The notes below the pieces were generated by a model, which worked only from the letters and a program-made list of their open reading frames with translations, ran no database searches and was not told where the DNA came from. A stretch of 62,397 nucleotides of DNA from NCBI GenBank assembly GCA_016937995.1, contig JAFGVM010000098.1:1-62397 (forward strand), written 5' to 3'. Below, piece after piece: positions 48,915-59,147 of the stretch. Numbering within the stretch: the first letter of the stretch is position 1; every line of letters starts with the position of its first letter. The DNA is from Candidatus Delongbacteria bacterium (GTDB lineage: Bacteria > UBA4055). The position numbers and the translations under genes were made by a program.

Positions 48915-49985
48915 TCATCTTATACCTTCTCTGTCCATTAAGTCAAGCAAGATACCTATCTCTGTGTTACAGTTGTGAATTGCGGTTTCTTTCTCTATCA
49001 AACCATCCTTTACCAGAGAAACCAAATGTTGATTGAATGTCATCATACCATATTTCTGACTGACCTGTATCATACTGTCAAGCTGATGGACTTTATTCTC
49101 TCTTATCAAGGATTGAATTGCAGGTGTTCCGATCATTATCTCACAACCAAGTACACGACCACCACCAATCTTAGGTAACAACTTTTGAGTAACAACACCC
49201 TGCAACATCATACCCAGCTGTGTTCTTACCTGCTCCTGAGCATTTTCAGGGAATGAATCAATGATCCTTCCAATTGTTTGAGCACAGGAATTTGTATGCA
49301 GAGTTGTCATAACAAGGTGTCCTGTCTCAGCAGCTCTTAAAGCCAGCTCAATTGTTTCCCTGTCTCTCATCTCTCCGACAAGAATAACATCAGGATCCTG
49401 TCTCAGTGCCGCCTTCAGAGCAAAATTAAAGCCCTTGAAGTCTGTTCCCAGCTCTCTCTGGTTAATGATCGCTCTTTTAGACTTGTGCAGAAACTCTATC
49501 GGATCCTCAATTGTCAAAATATGCAATGGGTATTCACTGTTTATCTTATCTACCATAGTAGCTAAAGTCGTTGATTTACCTGATCCTGTAGGTCCTGTTA
49601 CCAAGATAATTCCATTAGGTTTATCACATAACGTAGAAACTATAGGCGGGATACCGGCTTCATCAAAAGACCTGATATCGTTCGGGATCGCTCTAAAAGC
49701 AATTGAAATAGCCTCTCTCTGACTGTAAACGTTAACCCTGAATCTTCCCAAATTCCTTATACCTGTAGAAAGGTCGACCTGTAAATTTTTTTCAAATTCG
49801 TTCTTTTGATATTCATTCAAAACACTATAAGCAATTTCTTTTGTTTCATTAGGCATTAAAACAGGATGGTTCAGCCTTACCAGATCACCGTCTATCCTAA
49901 TTACAGGGGGACTCCCGGCACAAATGTGCAGATCAGAAGCTCCTTCCTGTACACAAATTTCTAATAATTCAACAACATCAGCCAT
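48915..49985 (-). CDS. pilT: Type IV pilus retraction ATPase
   Basis: GASDLH, GPTGSGKST, TIEDPIE, ALRQDPD, AETGHLV, AIQSLIRE; ends in a TGA stop. Confidence 0.95.
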   Translation of the reverse strand: MADVVELLEICVQEGASDLHICAGSPPVIRIDGDLVRLNHPVLMPNETKEIAYSVLNEYQKNEFEKNLQVDLSTGIRNLGRFRVNVYSQREAISIAFRAIPNDIRSFDEAGIPPIVSTLCDKPNGIILVTGPTGSGKSTTLATMVDKINSEYPLHILTIEDPIEFLHKSKRAIINQRELGTDFKGFNFALKAALRQDPDVILVGEMRDRETIELALRAAETGHLVMTTLHTNSCAQTIGRIIDSFPENAQEQVRTQLGMMLQGVVTQKLLPKIGGGRVLGCEIMIGTPAIQSLIRENKVHQLDSMIQVSQKYGMMTFNQHLVSLVKDGLIEKETAIHNCNTEIGILLDLMDREGIR

Positions 49986-50158
49986 GAAATCTCCATATAG
50001 TTAGTTTGCTTGTTACCCAATAAATCAGTTGAAAAATATTAAACTGATAATTTAGCAGATAAAAAAATACATTTTATCCGCTACAAAGTCAAGAGTTAAA
50101 AAACATCACAATGCTTAACGATTTTAACGAGAATGATCAAATCAATGAGCCTTGATAT

Positions 50159-50656
50159 CTAAAGTTTAAGAGACATCGTAAAAGCGGTAATGAGCTTTGC
50201 CAGTTCAACATTGGATCGGTCAAGTAATTCAGAAAGTTTTAATCCTATATTCTTAAGAACTGTTATCCCTATTTCTGGATTTTGAGAAATTATATTTTCA
50301 AAGTCACTTTTGGATAATATTGCAACCTTAGTATCTTTTTTGGCTATTATTGAGGCACTTCTTTTAAAATTGGTATCGAACATTGACATTTCTCCAAAAT
50401 AATAAAGAGCATCCTCTTTTATGTTGATGATCTTCTTATCATCTGGATTCATTTTTATTTGTTCGAACAACGGAACTAAACTCTTATCAATAGTTATTTC
50501 ACCCTCCAGAAGCAGGAACATAGAATCTCCAATGGAATGCTCCTCAATTATCATATCACCTGCTTCATAGTCACTTGTTCTGAAATATTTTTTTATACTG
50601 CTTATCTGGTCTGTTGTCAGACCGTTGAATAATGAATTTTCGTTAAAATTAATCAC
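50159..50656 (-). CDS. Cyclic nucleotide-binding domain protein
   Basis: GDSMFLLLEG, FGEMSM, RSASIIA. Confidence 0.85.
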   Translation of the reverse strand: MINFNENSLFNGLTTDQISSIKKYFRTSDYEAGDMIIEEHSIGDSMFLLLEGEITIDKSLVPLFEQIKMNPDDKKIINIKEDALYYFGEMSMFDTNFKRSASIIAKKDTKVAILSKSDFENIISQNPEIGITVLKNIGLKLSELLDRSNVELAKLITAFTMSLKL

Positions 50657-50682
50657 CTGACTCTCCCTATATTGACCAACAT

Positions 50683-51813
50683 TTAATTGTTCTGTTCTAT
50701 GAGAACGGCATGTTCAAATTCTTTAACGATATAATCATCCGACGGATTAATAGATATTTTTTTCTTTTCAAGATCGTTTATCATCCTGCCGGCTTCCTCA
50801 AATTTTCTTTTTATGAAAGCATCTATTGAACTGGTATCAGACGCATTTATATTTTTCATTTTCAAAATATCCTGATACTGAATAAGGGCTATTACGATGG
50901 CATTCTTTTTTTCTTTGTAGTAAGCTGACAGCTCCTTAAATGTTTTTCCAATAAATTCTTTCGGTATCTCTGTTGATCTCAACACATTATCTTTTTCATA
51001 GCTTAATAATTCCCAGATAACACTGTTTAAACCTGGTGATATTATATTTGTTGTTAAAAAATAAGGTACGGATTGAGATGAAATAAAATAATCATCGACT
51101 TTAGCTCTTTCGATATATGGAATTGTCTCTGTTCTGTTAAGTTGAGTATAGACTTTTATCTTTTCCGAGATAGATTTTATCGTCATAGTTGCAAATACTG
51201 TTTTTTCATCTGCGCCCTGGGATGAAGTTAATGAATTATCCGGTACTATTATAACTCCTTGTGACGACTCAACATTTGCTCTTTCCAGAACATTTATATC
51301 TGCAAAATCACCTTTGATGAACTGAATATTTGTATCAGGATATTTTTCCAGCACGGAATTTAACTGCTGCGAATCCAGATCATTGATAAGTACGATCTCT
51401 CCTGTTGTTGTTTCAGATAATATTTTAATTATCCCTTCAACACTCCAGTTCCATCCACAGATTATCGTGTGTTTTTTGAATTTTATCCGGCCCATACCTT
51501 GCCCGTCCTTGATTTTTTTTGCTATTAAAATTGATGAAATTATCGCAGTAAAAATTGAAAGAAAGATCATACCGAAAAATATCAATCCCATAACGATTAT
51601 CTTACCCATATTGCTATGTGGAGTTATATCTCCGTATCCAACTGTGCTTATAGTAACTACTGAAAAATAGAAAGCTTCAAAGAATGAATTTATATTCTTT
51701 TCGAATATTATCAGAAGTATTCCTGATAGGATCAGTACCAGAACTGTAAGAGTAGCGATCATCATCAGGTCACTTTTTCTAAATTCTCGCAATATTCTTT
51801 TTATCCGTTTCAA
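50683..51813 (-). CDS. Potassium channel with RCK (TrkA-N/C) domains
   Basis: Selectivity filter TVGYGD between two TM helices; HTIICGWN, FIKGD..D...LERANV. Confidence 0.9.
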   Translation of the reverse strand: MKRIKRILREFRKSDLMMIATLTVLVLILSGILLIIFEKNINSFFEAFYFSVVTISTVGYGDITPHSNMGKIIVMGLIFFGMIFLSIFTAIISSILIAKKIKDGQGMGRIKFKKHTIICGWNWSVEGIIKILSETTTGEIVLINDLDSQQLNSVLEKYPDTNIQFIKGDFADINVLERANVESSQGVIIVPDNSLTSSQGADEKTVFATMTIKSISEKIKVYTQLNRTETIPYIERAKVDDYFISSQSVPYFLTTNIISPGLNSVIWELLSYEKDNVLRSTEIPKEFIGKTFKELSAYYKEKKNAIVIALIQYQDILKMKNINASDTSSIDAFIKRKFEEAGRMINDLEKKKISINPSDDYIVKEFEHAVLIEQNN

Positions 51814-51920
51814 ATTCCACCTTGAGAAATATTTTATTACACAAGAATTAGTCTATACGTAGAATTTATTCGTATTTGTCTGCTTTTGCAAGAATTTTAA
51901 AAAAATATTATTAAGGAAAT

Positions 51921-51945
51921 AAAAAAGGGGAGTCAAACTCCCCTT
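51921..51945 (-). terminator. Rho-independent terminator
   Basis: AAGGGGAG/CTCCCCTT stem with an A-tract on the left. Confidence 0.7.
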
Positions 51946-51965
51946 AGATCTTCAGTAAGAAGAAA

Positions 51966-53303
51966 TTAATTTACGAACTTTGCTATAAATTCATCAATAA
52001 CACCTGTCAGGTTAGGCTTTCCGATCTCATCAAGATCATAACCTATTCTTACTGTAGGTTTGTTGATATTGATTATTCTGTTAAGGTCCATTGGAGTTCC
52101 GATAATAACAGTATCGCATTCAGTGTTGTTGATAGTAGTTTCAAGATCTTTAACCTGCTCATCACCATATCCCATTGCTGGAAGTAATGTACCGATGTTA
52201 GGATATATCTTGAAAGTTTCAGTTAGTTTGCCAACGGTATAAGGTCTAGGGTCAACTATCTCAGCTGCACCAAATTTCATTGCTGCCACAGTTCCGGCAC
52301 CTAATTTCATCTCACCGTGAGTAAGTGTCGGACCATCCTCAACAACAAGAACTTTTTTACCTTTTATCAAAGATGGGTCTTCAACAGTTACAGGAGAAGC
52401 TGCATCAACAACGATCGCTTTAGGATTTACTTTAGCGATGTTCTTTCTTACTGTTTGAATATCTTCAGGATTTGCTGTATCCATTTTATTGATAATAACT
52501 ACGTCAGCCATTCTTAGAGATACTTCTCCAGGATAATAGCTAAGCTCAGCACCTGCTCTGTGAGGGTCTGCTACAGTTATACTTAGATCTGCATCAAAGA
52601 ATTCAAAGTCATTGTTTCCACCATCCCAAAGGATAACGTCGCAACCGCTTGGATCTTGTTCAGCTGCTCTTAGAATTGCTTCATAATCAACACCGGCATA
52701 TATTACGTTACCGCGAACTACGTGTGGTTCGTACTCTTCCATTTCCTCGATAGTACATTTGTGTAATGCAAGATCCTCAACTTTTGCAAATCTCTGAACT
52801 TTCTGAGCTACAAGATCACCGTAAGGCATAGGGTGTCTTGCTGCAACAACTTTAAGTCCTTTAGCCATAAGAAGTTCAATAACTTTTCTTGAAGTCTGCG
52901 ATTTACCACAACCTGTTCTTGTTGCACAAACTGAAATTACCGGCTTAGTGCTCTTAAGAGCTGTTTTCTTAGGACCGATAAGTTTAAAGTCAGCACCTGC
53001 AGTATTAACTTTTGCACTTACGTTCATTACATGTTGGTATGTTACATCACTGTATGAAAAGACACACTCGTCAACATCCAGGTCTTTGATCAGTTGTTCC
53101 AATTGCTCTTCAGCATAAATCGGAATTCCTTCCGGATAAAGTTCACCTGCTAATTCTGCAGGATATTTTCTACCGTCAATATCAGGTATTTGAGCTGCTG
53201 TGAAAGCTACTACATTAAAATCTGCATTGTCTCTGTAGCAAGTGTTAAAGTTATGAAAATCTCTTCCAGCTGCACCAATGATAAGAATATTCTTCTTAGC
53301 CAT
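51966..53303 (-). CDS. Cyclic 2,3-diphosphoglycerate synthetase-like P-loop protein
   Basis: GAAGRDFHNFN, RTGCGKSQTSR, RHPMPYG, WDGGNND, EDGPTLTHG. Confidence 0.8.
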   Translation of the reverse strand: MAKKNILIIGAAGRDFHNFNTCYRDNADFNVVAFTAAQIPDIDGRKYPAELAGELYPEGIPIYAEEQLEQLIKDLDVDECVFSYSDVTYQHVMNVSAKVNTAGADFKLIGPKKTALKSTKPVISVCATRTGCGKSQTSRKVIELLMAKGLKVVAARHPMPYGDLVAQKVQRFAKVEDLALHKCTIEEMEEYEPHVVRGNVIYAGVDYEAILRAAEQDPSGCDVILWDGGNNDFEFFDADLSITVADPHRAGAELSYYPGEVSLRMADVVIINKMDTANPEDIQTVRKNIAKVNPKAIVVDAASPVTVEDPSLIKGKKVLVVEDGPTLTHGEMKLGAGTVAAMKFGAAEIVDPRPYTVGKLTETFKIYPNIGTLLPAMGYGDEQVKDLETTINNTECDTVIIGTPMDLNRIININKPTVRIGYDLDEIGKPNLTGVIDEFIAKFVN

Positions 53304-53506
53304 TTTGACTCCTTTTTTTTTATTTCAAGTTTTTGTTAGCTTTACTACGTCAACTTATGACGAATTGCTAATATAAGGGTTTAAACTTTAAAATCAAGAA
53401 ATTTTATTATGTCTAATTTGCCGAATTTATTCATAATGACAAATTTTTTATTCTTTTCTGCTTTCTTTTATATTATATTATGTAAAACAAAAACCGGTGA
53501 TCTGTT

Positions 53507-54202
53507 ATGAAAAAAGTAACTGTCATTATCACAGCAGCTGGATCTGGCAAAAGAATGAATTCACATACTAAGAAACAGTATCTGGAAATTCAGGGAAAAC
53601 CAGTTTTAGCACATTCTGTTAAGATTTTTAACAATATTGATACCGTAAATGATATTGTTATTGTTTGTCCGGCTGAAGATATTGATTTCGTCGGATCAGA
53701 GATCGTTGAAAAGTATGGTCTTGGGAAAGTGATCGACATTGTTCCTGGTGGAAAACAAAGACATAATTCTGTGTTCAATGCTTTGAAAAAGGTAAAATGC
53801 AGATATGATGATATTGTCTTAATCCATGATGGCGTACGACCTTTCGCTTCGGAATCTTCCGTCATCAACTCCATTGAGGCAGCAATTGAATTTGGGGCAG
53901 CTGTTGTAGGTGTTAAACCAAAGAACACTACTAAAACTCTACGATCAGGAAATATATATCAGACATTGAACAGAGACGAACTATTTTCAGTTCAGACACC
54001 TCAGACTTTTCAGTATGATATTATAATGAACTGCTATGAAAAGGCATTTGAGGATAACTTTTTTTCAACAGATGATTCCGCGTTAGTGGAAAAATATGCT
54101 GATCATATCCAGATAATTCCAGTTGAAGGTGATTATTTTAACATAAAGATCACTACAGAAGAAGATCTTGTTTTCGCAAATGCGATCCTTGGGAATAAAT
54201 AA
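53507..54202 (+). CDS. ispD: 2-C-methyl-D-erythritol 4-phosphate cytidylyltransferase
   Basis: AAGSGKRM...KQY, GGKQRHNSV, IHDGVRP, QTPQTF, TDDSALVE, NIKITT.EDL. Confidence 0.93.
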   Translation: MKKVTVIITAAGSGKRMNSHTKKQYLEIQGKPVLAHSVKIFNNIDTVNDIVIVCPAEDIDFVGSEIVEKYGLGKVIDIVPGGKQRHNSVFNALKKVKCRYDDIVLIHDGVRPFASESSVINSIEAAIEFGAAVVGVKPKNTTKTLRSGNIYQTLNRDELFSVQTPQTFQYDIIMNCYEKAFEDNFFSTDDSALVEKYADHIQIIPVEGDYFNIKITTEEDLVFANAILGNK

Positions 54203-54224
54203 GTGTTTATGTAGTGAAGAATTT

Positions 54225-54291
54225 GTCATATTCGGATTTCATCCGGATATCTTTAAATGTGTGGATTCCCGTGTCGGAGCACGAGAATGAC
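54225..54291. repeat. Double-hairpin palindromic element GTCAT...ATGAC
   Basis: GTCATATTCGGATTTCATCCGGATATCT plus GGATTCCCGTGTCGGAGCACGAGAATGAC; related to 7996 and 3244. Confidence 0.6.
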
Positions 54292-54358
54292 ATTGTCTTT
54301 TGATTTTTACTTGGTAATTGGAAATTCCTTGTTGGATATTGGATATTCAATCTTTTTT

Positions 54359-54775
54359 TTACATATTTTCCAAAAAAGCAATATCTTCATAAAGTTCATC
54401 ATCGTAAGAAAGATCCTGTTCTTCGTCAAGAAGATCATACGAATCCTCAAAGCCCTCGTTGTACAAACCATCGTATGCTAAAAGTAATTCATCATCATTA
54501 AAAATATCGTTCTTTACAGCTCTATCAAGTGTCTGCTTGTATACAATATCGTTATCAGTAACCGAAGGTTTCACAGATAATACATTTGATGAAATTATAA
54601 TAGCTAATACAACTGAAGCAGCTACAGAATATATTTTTAATCTTGTTTTGAAGAAATTAACTTTTTTCACTTTTAATTTAGATAATATCTGCTGATCAAG
54701 TCCTTCAGGAACTTTAACATATTCTTTTTTTAGCATTGAAAATATTTTTTCTTCTGATAGATCTTTGTGTTTCAT
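54359..54775 (-). CDS. Putative anti-sigma factor
   Basis: Directly downstream of an ECF sigma; VPEGL..QIL motif, one TM helix (YSVAASVVL), acidic tail. Confidence 0.65.
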   Translation of the reverse strand: MKHKDLSEEKIFSMLKKEYVKVPEGLDQQILSKLKVKKVNFFKTRLKIYSVAASVVLAIIISSNVLSVKPSVTDNDIVYKQTLDRAVKNDIFNDDELLLAYDGLYNEGFEDSYDLLDEEQDLSYDDELYEDIAFLENM

Positions 54776-54777
54776 TT

Positions 54778-55359
54778 TTATACCTTCATAATCCTTTTTA
54801 TTTTATCAATACCGTATCTATACCTGCTAAGTATACTATTGATTGAGACATCTGTCATCTCTGAAATTTCTTTGAAAGAAAAGCCTTCAGATCTGAGTAA
54901 AACTACTTCTCTCTGATTCTCAGGTAATTCAGCTATTGCCTCATTTATCGATTCTTTGCTCTCAAGTTCGATATTCTCTTCTTCTGGGTTCAGATCATCA
55001 GACCTCAGAGATTCTATCTGATCATTCTTACCATCATCATCAAAAGAAGCAGATTTGAAATAAAGGTTCTCATTGTCTTTTTTTATCTTTCTGAAATGAT
55101 CATAACTTGCATTTGTAGCAACAAAGAACAGGTAATTTGAAAATTTACCTTCCTCCTTATAATTCGGGAGGCTATTGGCAATCTTCAACCATGTATTCTG
55201 ATATATGTCCTTTGCGTTCTCCATTACTCCGACCTTTCTTATTATATAATTGAAAAGCTTATCATTGTAGCGACTCATTAATTCTCCGAAGAATTTTTCC
55301 TTTCCTGTCGAATTAAATTGTGAAATCAACTCCCCGTCTTTAAGCTTCTCTAATCTCAT
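54778..55359 (-). CDS. ECF RNA polymerase sigma factor
   Basis: Region 2 (AKDIYQNTWLK, FSNYLF.VATN..YD.FRK) and region 4 (LPENQREVVLL, SFKEIS). Confidence 0.92.
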   Translation of the reverse strand: MRLEKLKDGELISQFNSTGKEKFFGELMSRYNDKLFNYIIRKVGVMENAKDIYQNTWLKIANSLPNYKEEGKFSNYLFFVATNASYDHFRKIKKDNENLYFKSASFDDDGKNDQIESLRSDDLNPEEENIELESKESINEAIAELPENQREVVLLRSEGFSFKEISEMTDVSINSILSRYRYGIDKIKRIMKV

Positions 55360-55545
55360 TTGCTCATGTTTCCATAGTCTTTACATTTAAGTAAACGCAG
55401 GTTTTCCTGTTTTATTTTAATCTACATAATTTATTAACTATTGACAATAATTCATTCTCTCTTTTTTCGTAAAAATAAAATTTTGCATATAGCGTCCTTA
55501 TCATTATATTTAAAATCCGTAAAATTAAATTACTAGGAGATATAA

Positions 55546-57519
55546 ATGGGAAAGTTAACTATTGATTCACTTGATCTGAAAGGAAAGAAAGTTCTTGTAA
55601 GATGTGATTTCAATGTTCCATTGAACGATGATACGACGATCCGTGATGATAAAAGAATTTTTGATGCAATTCCGACTTTGAAGAAAGTCCTTTCTGAAGG
55701 CGGGAAACTTATTCTGATGTCACATTTCGGAAGACCAAAAGGTAAAGTTGTTCCTGAAATGAGTCTAAAACCAGTCGCTGAAAGATTAAAAGACCTTCTC
55801 GGAAAGAATGTTATCCTGGCACCTGATTGTATCGGTAAAGAAGTTGAAAATATCGTTTCCGCAATGAGTGACGGAGATGTAGTTTTACTTGAAAATTTAA
55901 GATTTCATCCTGAGGAAACAGACGGAAATGACAATTTTGCGAGAAAACTGGCAACTTTAGGTGATATTTACATTAATGATGCATTTGGGGTTTGCCATAG
56001 AGCTCATGCATCTGTTTCGATCATAGCGAAATATTTAAAGAATATTGCTTCCGGATATCTTTTAGGCAAAGAAATAGAATATATCGGTGGTGCAATGAGA
56101 GATCCTCAAAAGCCACTGGCTGCAATATTGGCCGGTATTAAAATAGATGGAAAGATCGATGTAATAAATAAATTTATTGAGATCGCAGATAAGATATTCA
56201 TCGCAGGTGGAATTGCGAATACAATGCTTAAAGCTCAGGGTTTTGAAATTGGAAATTCGATCTTTGAAGAAGATAAGATCGATACCGCTAAAGAAATTTT
56301 ATTAAAGGCTGAGAAAAACAATACAAAAATATTCCTTCCTGTTGATATGCTTTGCGGTAAAGAATTTAAAAATGATACCGAAACAATGTATGTTGATACA
56401 GAGAAACAACAACCTGGATGGATAGCAATGGGTGTCGGACCTAAGACAGTGGAACAGTACAAAACAGAACTTGCTGATTGTAAGACACTTCTCTGGAACG
56501 GTCCTATGTCAGTATTTGAATTTGAAAATTTCGCAAAAGAGACATTTGAAATTGCTAAGATCGTTGCTGACTATACTCAGAATAACGGTCTAATTTCTAT
56601 CATTGGTGGTGGAGATACTGCTGCAGCTGTTAAACAGGCGGGATTTGCAGAAAAATTCAGTCATGTATCAACCGGTGGTGGCGCAGCTCTTGAATATATG
56701 GAAGGTAAACATTTGCCGGGAATTGAATCTATAACTGAAAAAGGATTTGAGATGAAAAGAAAATTTCTTATCGCAGGAAACTGGAAAATGAACAAAAACG
56801 TTCATGAATCAATTGAATTTGCTCAGGAACTTACAAAATCAATAGTAAATGATGACAATGTCGATATTATGATCGCACCTACATATACATCATTATATCC
56901 TGTGTACGAAACTATAAAAAAATCTCATATTGAACTTGGTTCACAGGATATTTTCTGGGAAAAATCAGGTGCTTTCACCGGAAAGATCTCTGCTGACATG
57001 CTTAAATCTGCTGGTGTTAAATATACCATCATTGGACACAGTGAAAGAAGACAATATTTTGGAGAGACTGATGCAACTGTGAATAAAAGAACTAAGGTTG
57101 CTTTAGAAGCCGGATTTGTTCCCGTTGTTTGTGTTGGAGAAATTTTAGAAGAAAGAGAAAAAGGAGTTGAAAAGGAAGTCGTAAAAAGACAGGTAGTTGA
57201 AGCTTTGAAGGATATTCAACTTAATGATTTCCTGCATTTTGTAATAGCTTATGAGCCGGTTTGGGCTATCGGAACAGGAAAAACAGCAAGTCCTGAACAA
57301 GCTCAGGAAATGCACGCATATATTCGCTCTATCATTAAAAATATATACAACGAAGAGCTTGCTCAAGCTACCAGAATACTATACGGTGGATCACTGAATC
57401 CTAAAAATGCTCAGGAATTGCTGTCTCAGATTGATATCGACGGTGGTCTTATCGGTGGAGCAGCTCTAAAAGTTGACGATTTCTCAACGATCGCAAAGAT
57501 CGCTCAAGGTATAAAATAA
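55546..57519 (+). CDS. pgk-tpiA: Fused phosphoglycerate kinase / triosephosphate isomerase
   Basis: PGK motifs RCDFNVP, SHFGRP, LLENLRF, GGGDT, HVSTGGGA continue in frame into TIM motifs AGNWKMN, GHSERR, AYEPVWAIGTG, YGGS. Confidence 0.95.
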   Translation: MGKLTIDSLDLKGKKVLVRCDFNVPLNDDTTIRDDKRIFDAIPTLKKVLSEGGKLILMSHFGRPKGKVVPEMSLKPVAERLKDLLGKNVILAPDCIGKEVENIVSAMSDGDVVLLENLRFHPEETDGNDNFARKLATLGDIYINDAFGVCHRAHASVSIIAKYLKNIASGYLLGKEIEYIGGAMRDPQKPLAAILAGIKIDGKIDVINKFIEIADKIFIAGGIANTMLKAQGFEIGNSIFEEDKIDTAKEILLKAEKNNTKIFLPVDMLCGKEFKNDTETMYVDTEKQQPGWIAMGVGPKTVEQYKTELADCKTLLWNGPMSVFEFENFAKETFEIAKIVADYTQNNGLISIIGGGDTAAAVKQAGFAEKFSHVSTGGGAALEYMEGKHLPGIESITEKGFEMKRKFLIAGNWKMNKNVHESIEFAQELTKSIVNDDNVDIMIAPTYTSLYPVYETIKKSHIELGSQDIFWEKSGAFTGKISADMLKSAGVKYTIIGHSERRQYFGETDATVNKRTKVALEAGFVPVVCVGEILEEREKGVEKEVVKRQVVEALKDIQLNDFLHFVIAYEPVWAIGTGKTASPEQAQEMHAYIRSIIKNIYNEELAQATRILYGGSLNPKNAQELLSQIDIDGGLIGGAALKVDDFSTIAKIAQGIK

Positions 57520-57527
57520 TTTTTTTA

Positions 57528-57553
57528 CAGGGAACGCAGATCTGCGTTCCCTG
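57528..57553. repeat. Palindromic hairpin after pgk-tpiA (REP-like or terminator)
   Basis: CAGGGAACGCAGATCTGCGTTCCCTG perfect inverted repeat. Confidence 0.6.
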
Positions 57554-57586
57554 CAATTTATTAACCCAAAATAATAACATTTATCA

Positions 57587-57615
57587 TTGACAATATATCG
57601 TTTTTTCTATATTCT
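57587..57615 (+). promoter_or_regulatory. Candidate sigma70 promoter of the selenoprotein array
   Basis: TTGACA (57587-57592), 17 nt, TATTCT (57610-57615). Confidence 0.6.
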
Positions 57616-57662
57616 TGAAGTGTAGTAAAAATTCTATGTAAATTAAAATGGATTTGTGCTTG

Positions 57663-59135
57663 ATGAAAAAGATATTTTTAATTTTAATTTCAATTTATTT
57701 CTCTCTAACGGGAGCTTATAACGTGGGTGACACAGTAGATCCTGCTGATAATATCAGCTGGACTGATAATAGCGGATACTCTTCAAACATTTTTAAAGAA
57801 GTTTTTTTTGGTAAACCTGTTATGATATTTTTCGGTCAGGATGGTTGAAATACCTGTTATCAGGCGGCGCCTTACTTACAATACTGGTGGATCGAGGAAT
57901 TCGGTCCAGACGCAATGAGTACTTATGCTGGAAAATCCTACTGGCTGGCTACATATAACTGGGAAAATCAGAATTATCCGGTAGATACACGGGTTTATAT
58001 ACAGTCTGGTGGATTTTCAAACGGATATGTTCCTCTGTTCGTTATTGTTGGATATAAAAACAAAGTTTACTGGGACCATAATTCAGACGGATTCAGAGGT
58101 GCTTTGAGGCAAGCTATTGACGAAATAGTTGCAGAAGGTGTATGGGTCAAAAACCCTGTGGCCGATAAAGTTCTTCTCTACGGCGAATCACAGGATATAG
58201 ATGTTTCAACAGTATTCGCAGATATTGACAATAACCCGATAAGTGTTTCTATCGTAAGTAACGAGAACCGTGATATCGTCTCGGCCGAATTGAATGGTAA
58301 TGTTATTACTATAACCGCAAACGGCAATAATTCCGGCAGTTCGATGATTGTGATCAGAGGAGCTGCAGGTGAATTTGATGAGACAGATCAATTTGAAGTA
58401 AATGTTTTTGATCCGGATGCATATTACATTGAGGACTTTGAAACGGGAGATTTCTCAAGGATCCCGTGGAAGTTCAGCGGAAATGCAGAATGGGTTATCG
58501 ACTCTGCTTCTCCATTTGAAGGATCCTTTTGTTCCGGATCTGAAGATATTTCCGATAATCAGAGAGCGGATATGACAGTAAATATAGATTATGTGGTTTC
58601 AGGAAATGTATCCTTCCAATATAAGATTTCATCAGAGGGAAATTATGATTTCTTAAAGTTTTATATAGACGGTGTGGAGAAAGGTAAATGGAGTGGAATT
58701 ACGTCTTGGAAAGAAGTTTCATTCCCGGTCACAACAGGAACTCATAACTTCAGCTGGTCATATCAAAAGGATTCATCTGCAAGCTATGGAAATGATCGAG
58801 CCTGGGTAGATAGAATTGTGTTCGAGGGGGGTGTTTACACATCAATTGAACCTGAGTTATCCGGATTAATAGATAATTTCAAATTATACCAGAACTACCC
58901 AAATCCATTTAATCCTGTTACAGACATTTCATTTTCTCTTAACACACAAAATCATGTTAAACTTACAATTTTTAATCAAAAAGGTCAGCTGGTTGATAAT
59001 TTGATCAACAAAGTTCTCAACAGAGGTCTTCATCAGGTCAAATTTGATGCTTCAGATCTTAACAGTGGGATTTATTATTATACTCTAACAATTAAAGACC
59101 GTACAGAAACAAAAAAAATGATACTAATTAAGTAA
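57663..59135 (+). CDS. Putative secreted selenoprotein 1: signal peptide, UNTC redoxin domain, Ig-like, adhesin-like, T9SS sorting domain (490 aa, Sec62)
   Basis: ORFs 57648-57848 and 57915-59135 are in the same frame, separated only by TGA 57846-57848; readthrough gives GKPVMIFFGQDG-U-NTCYQAAPYLQYWW; C-terminal QNYPNPFNP...KKMILIK. Confidence 0.88.
57855..57880 (+). other. Candidate bacterial SECIS hairpin 1
   Basis: AGGC-GGC-GCCT apical stem-loop with TGT/ACA lower pairing; loop begins after a 17-nt spacer from the TGA. Confidence 0.7.
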
Positions 59136-59147
59136 TAGGGATAAATT

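Noticed and set aside
56730-56760. Thermotoga-type programmed frameshift at the pgk/tpiA junction
   Set aside because: The domains are already in frame and no canonical X XXY YYZ slippery heptamer is in register
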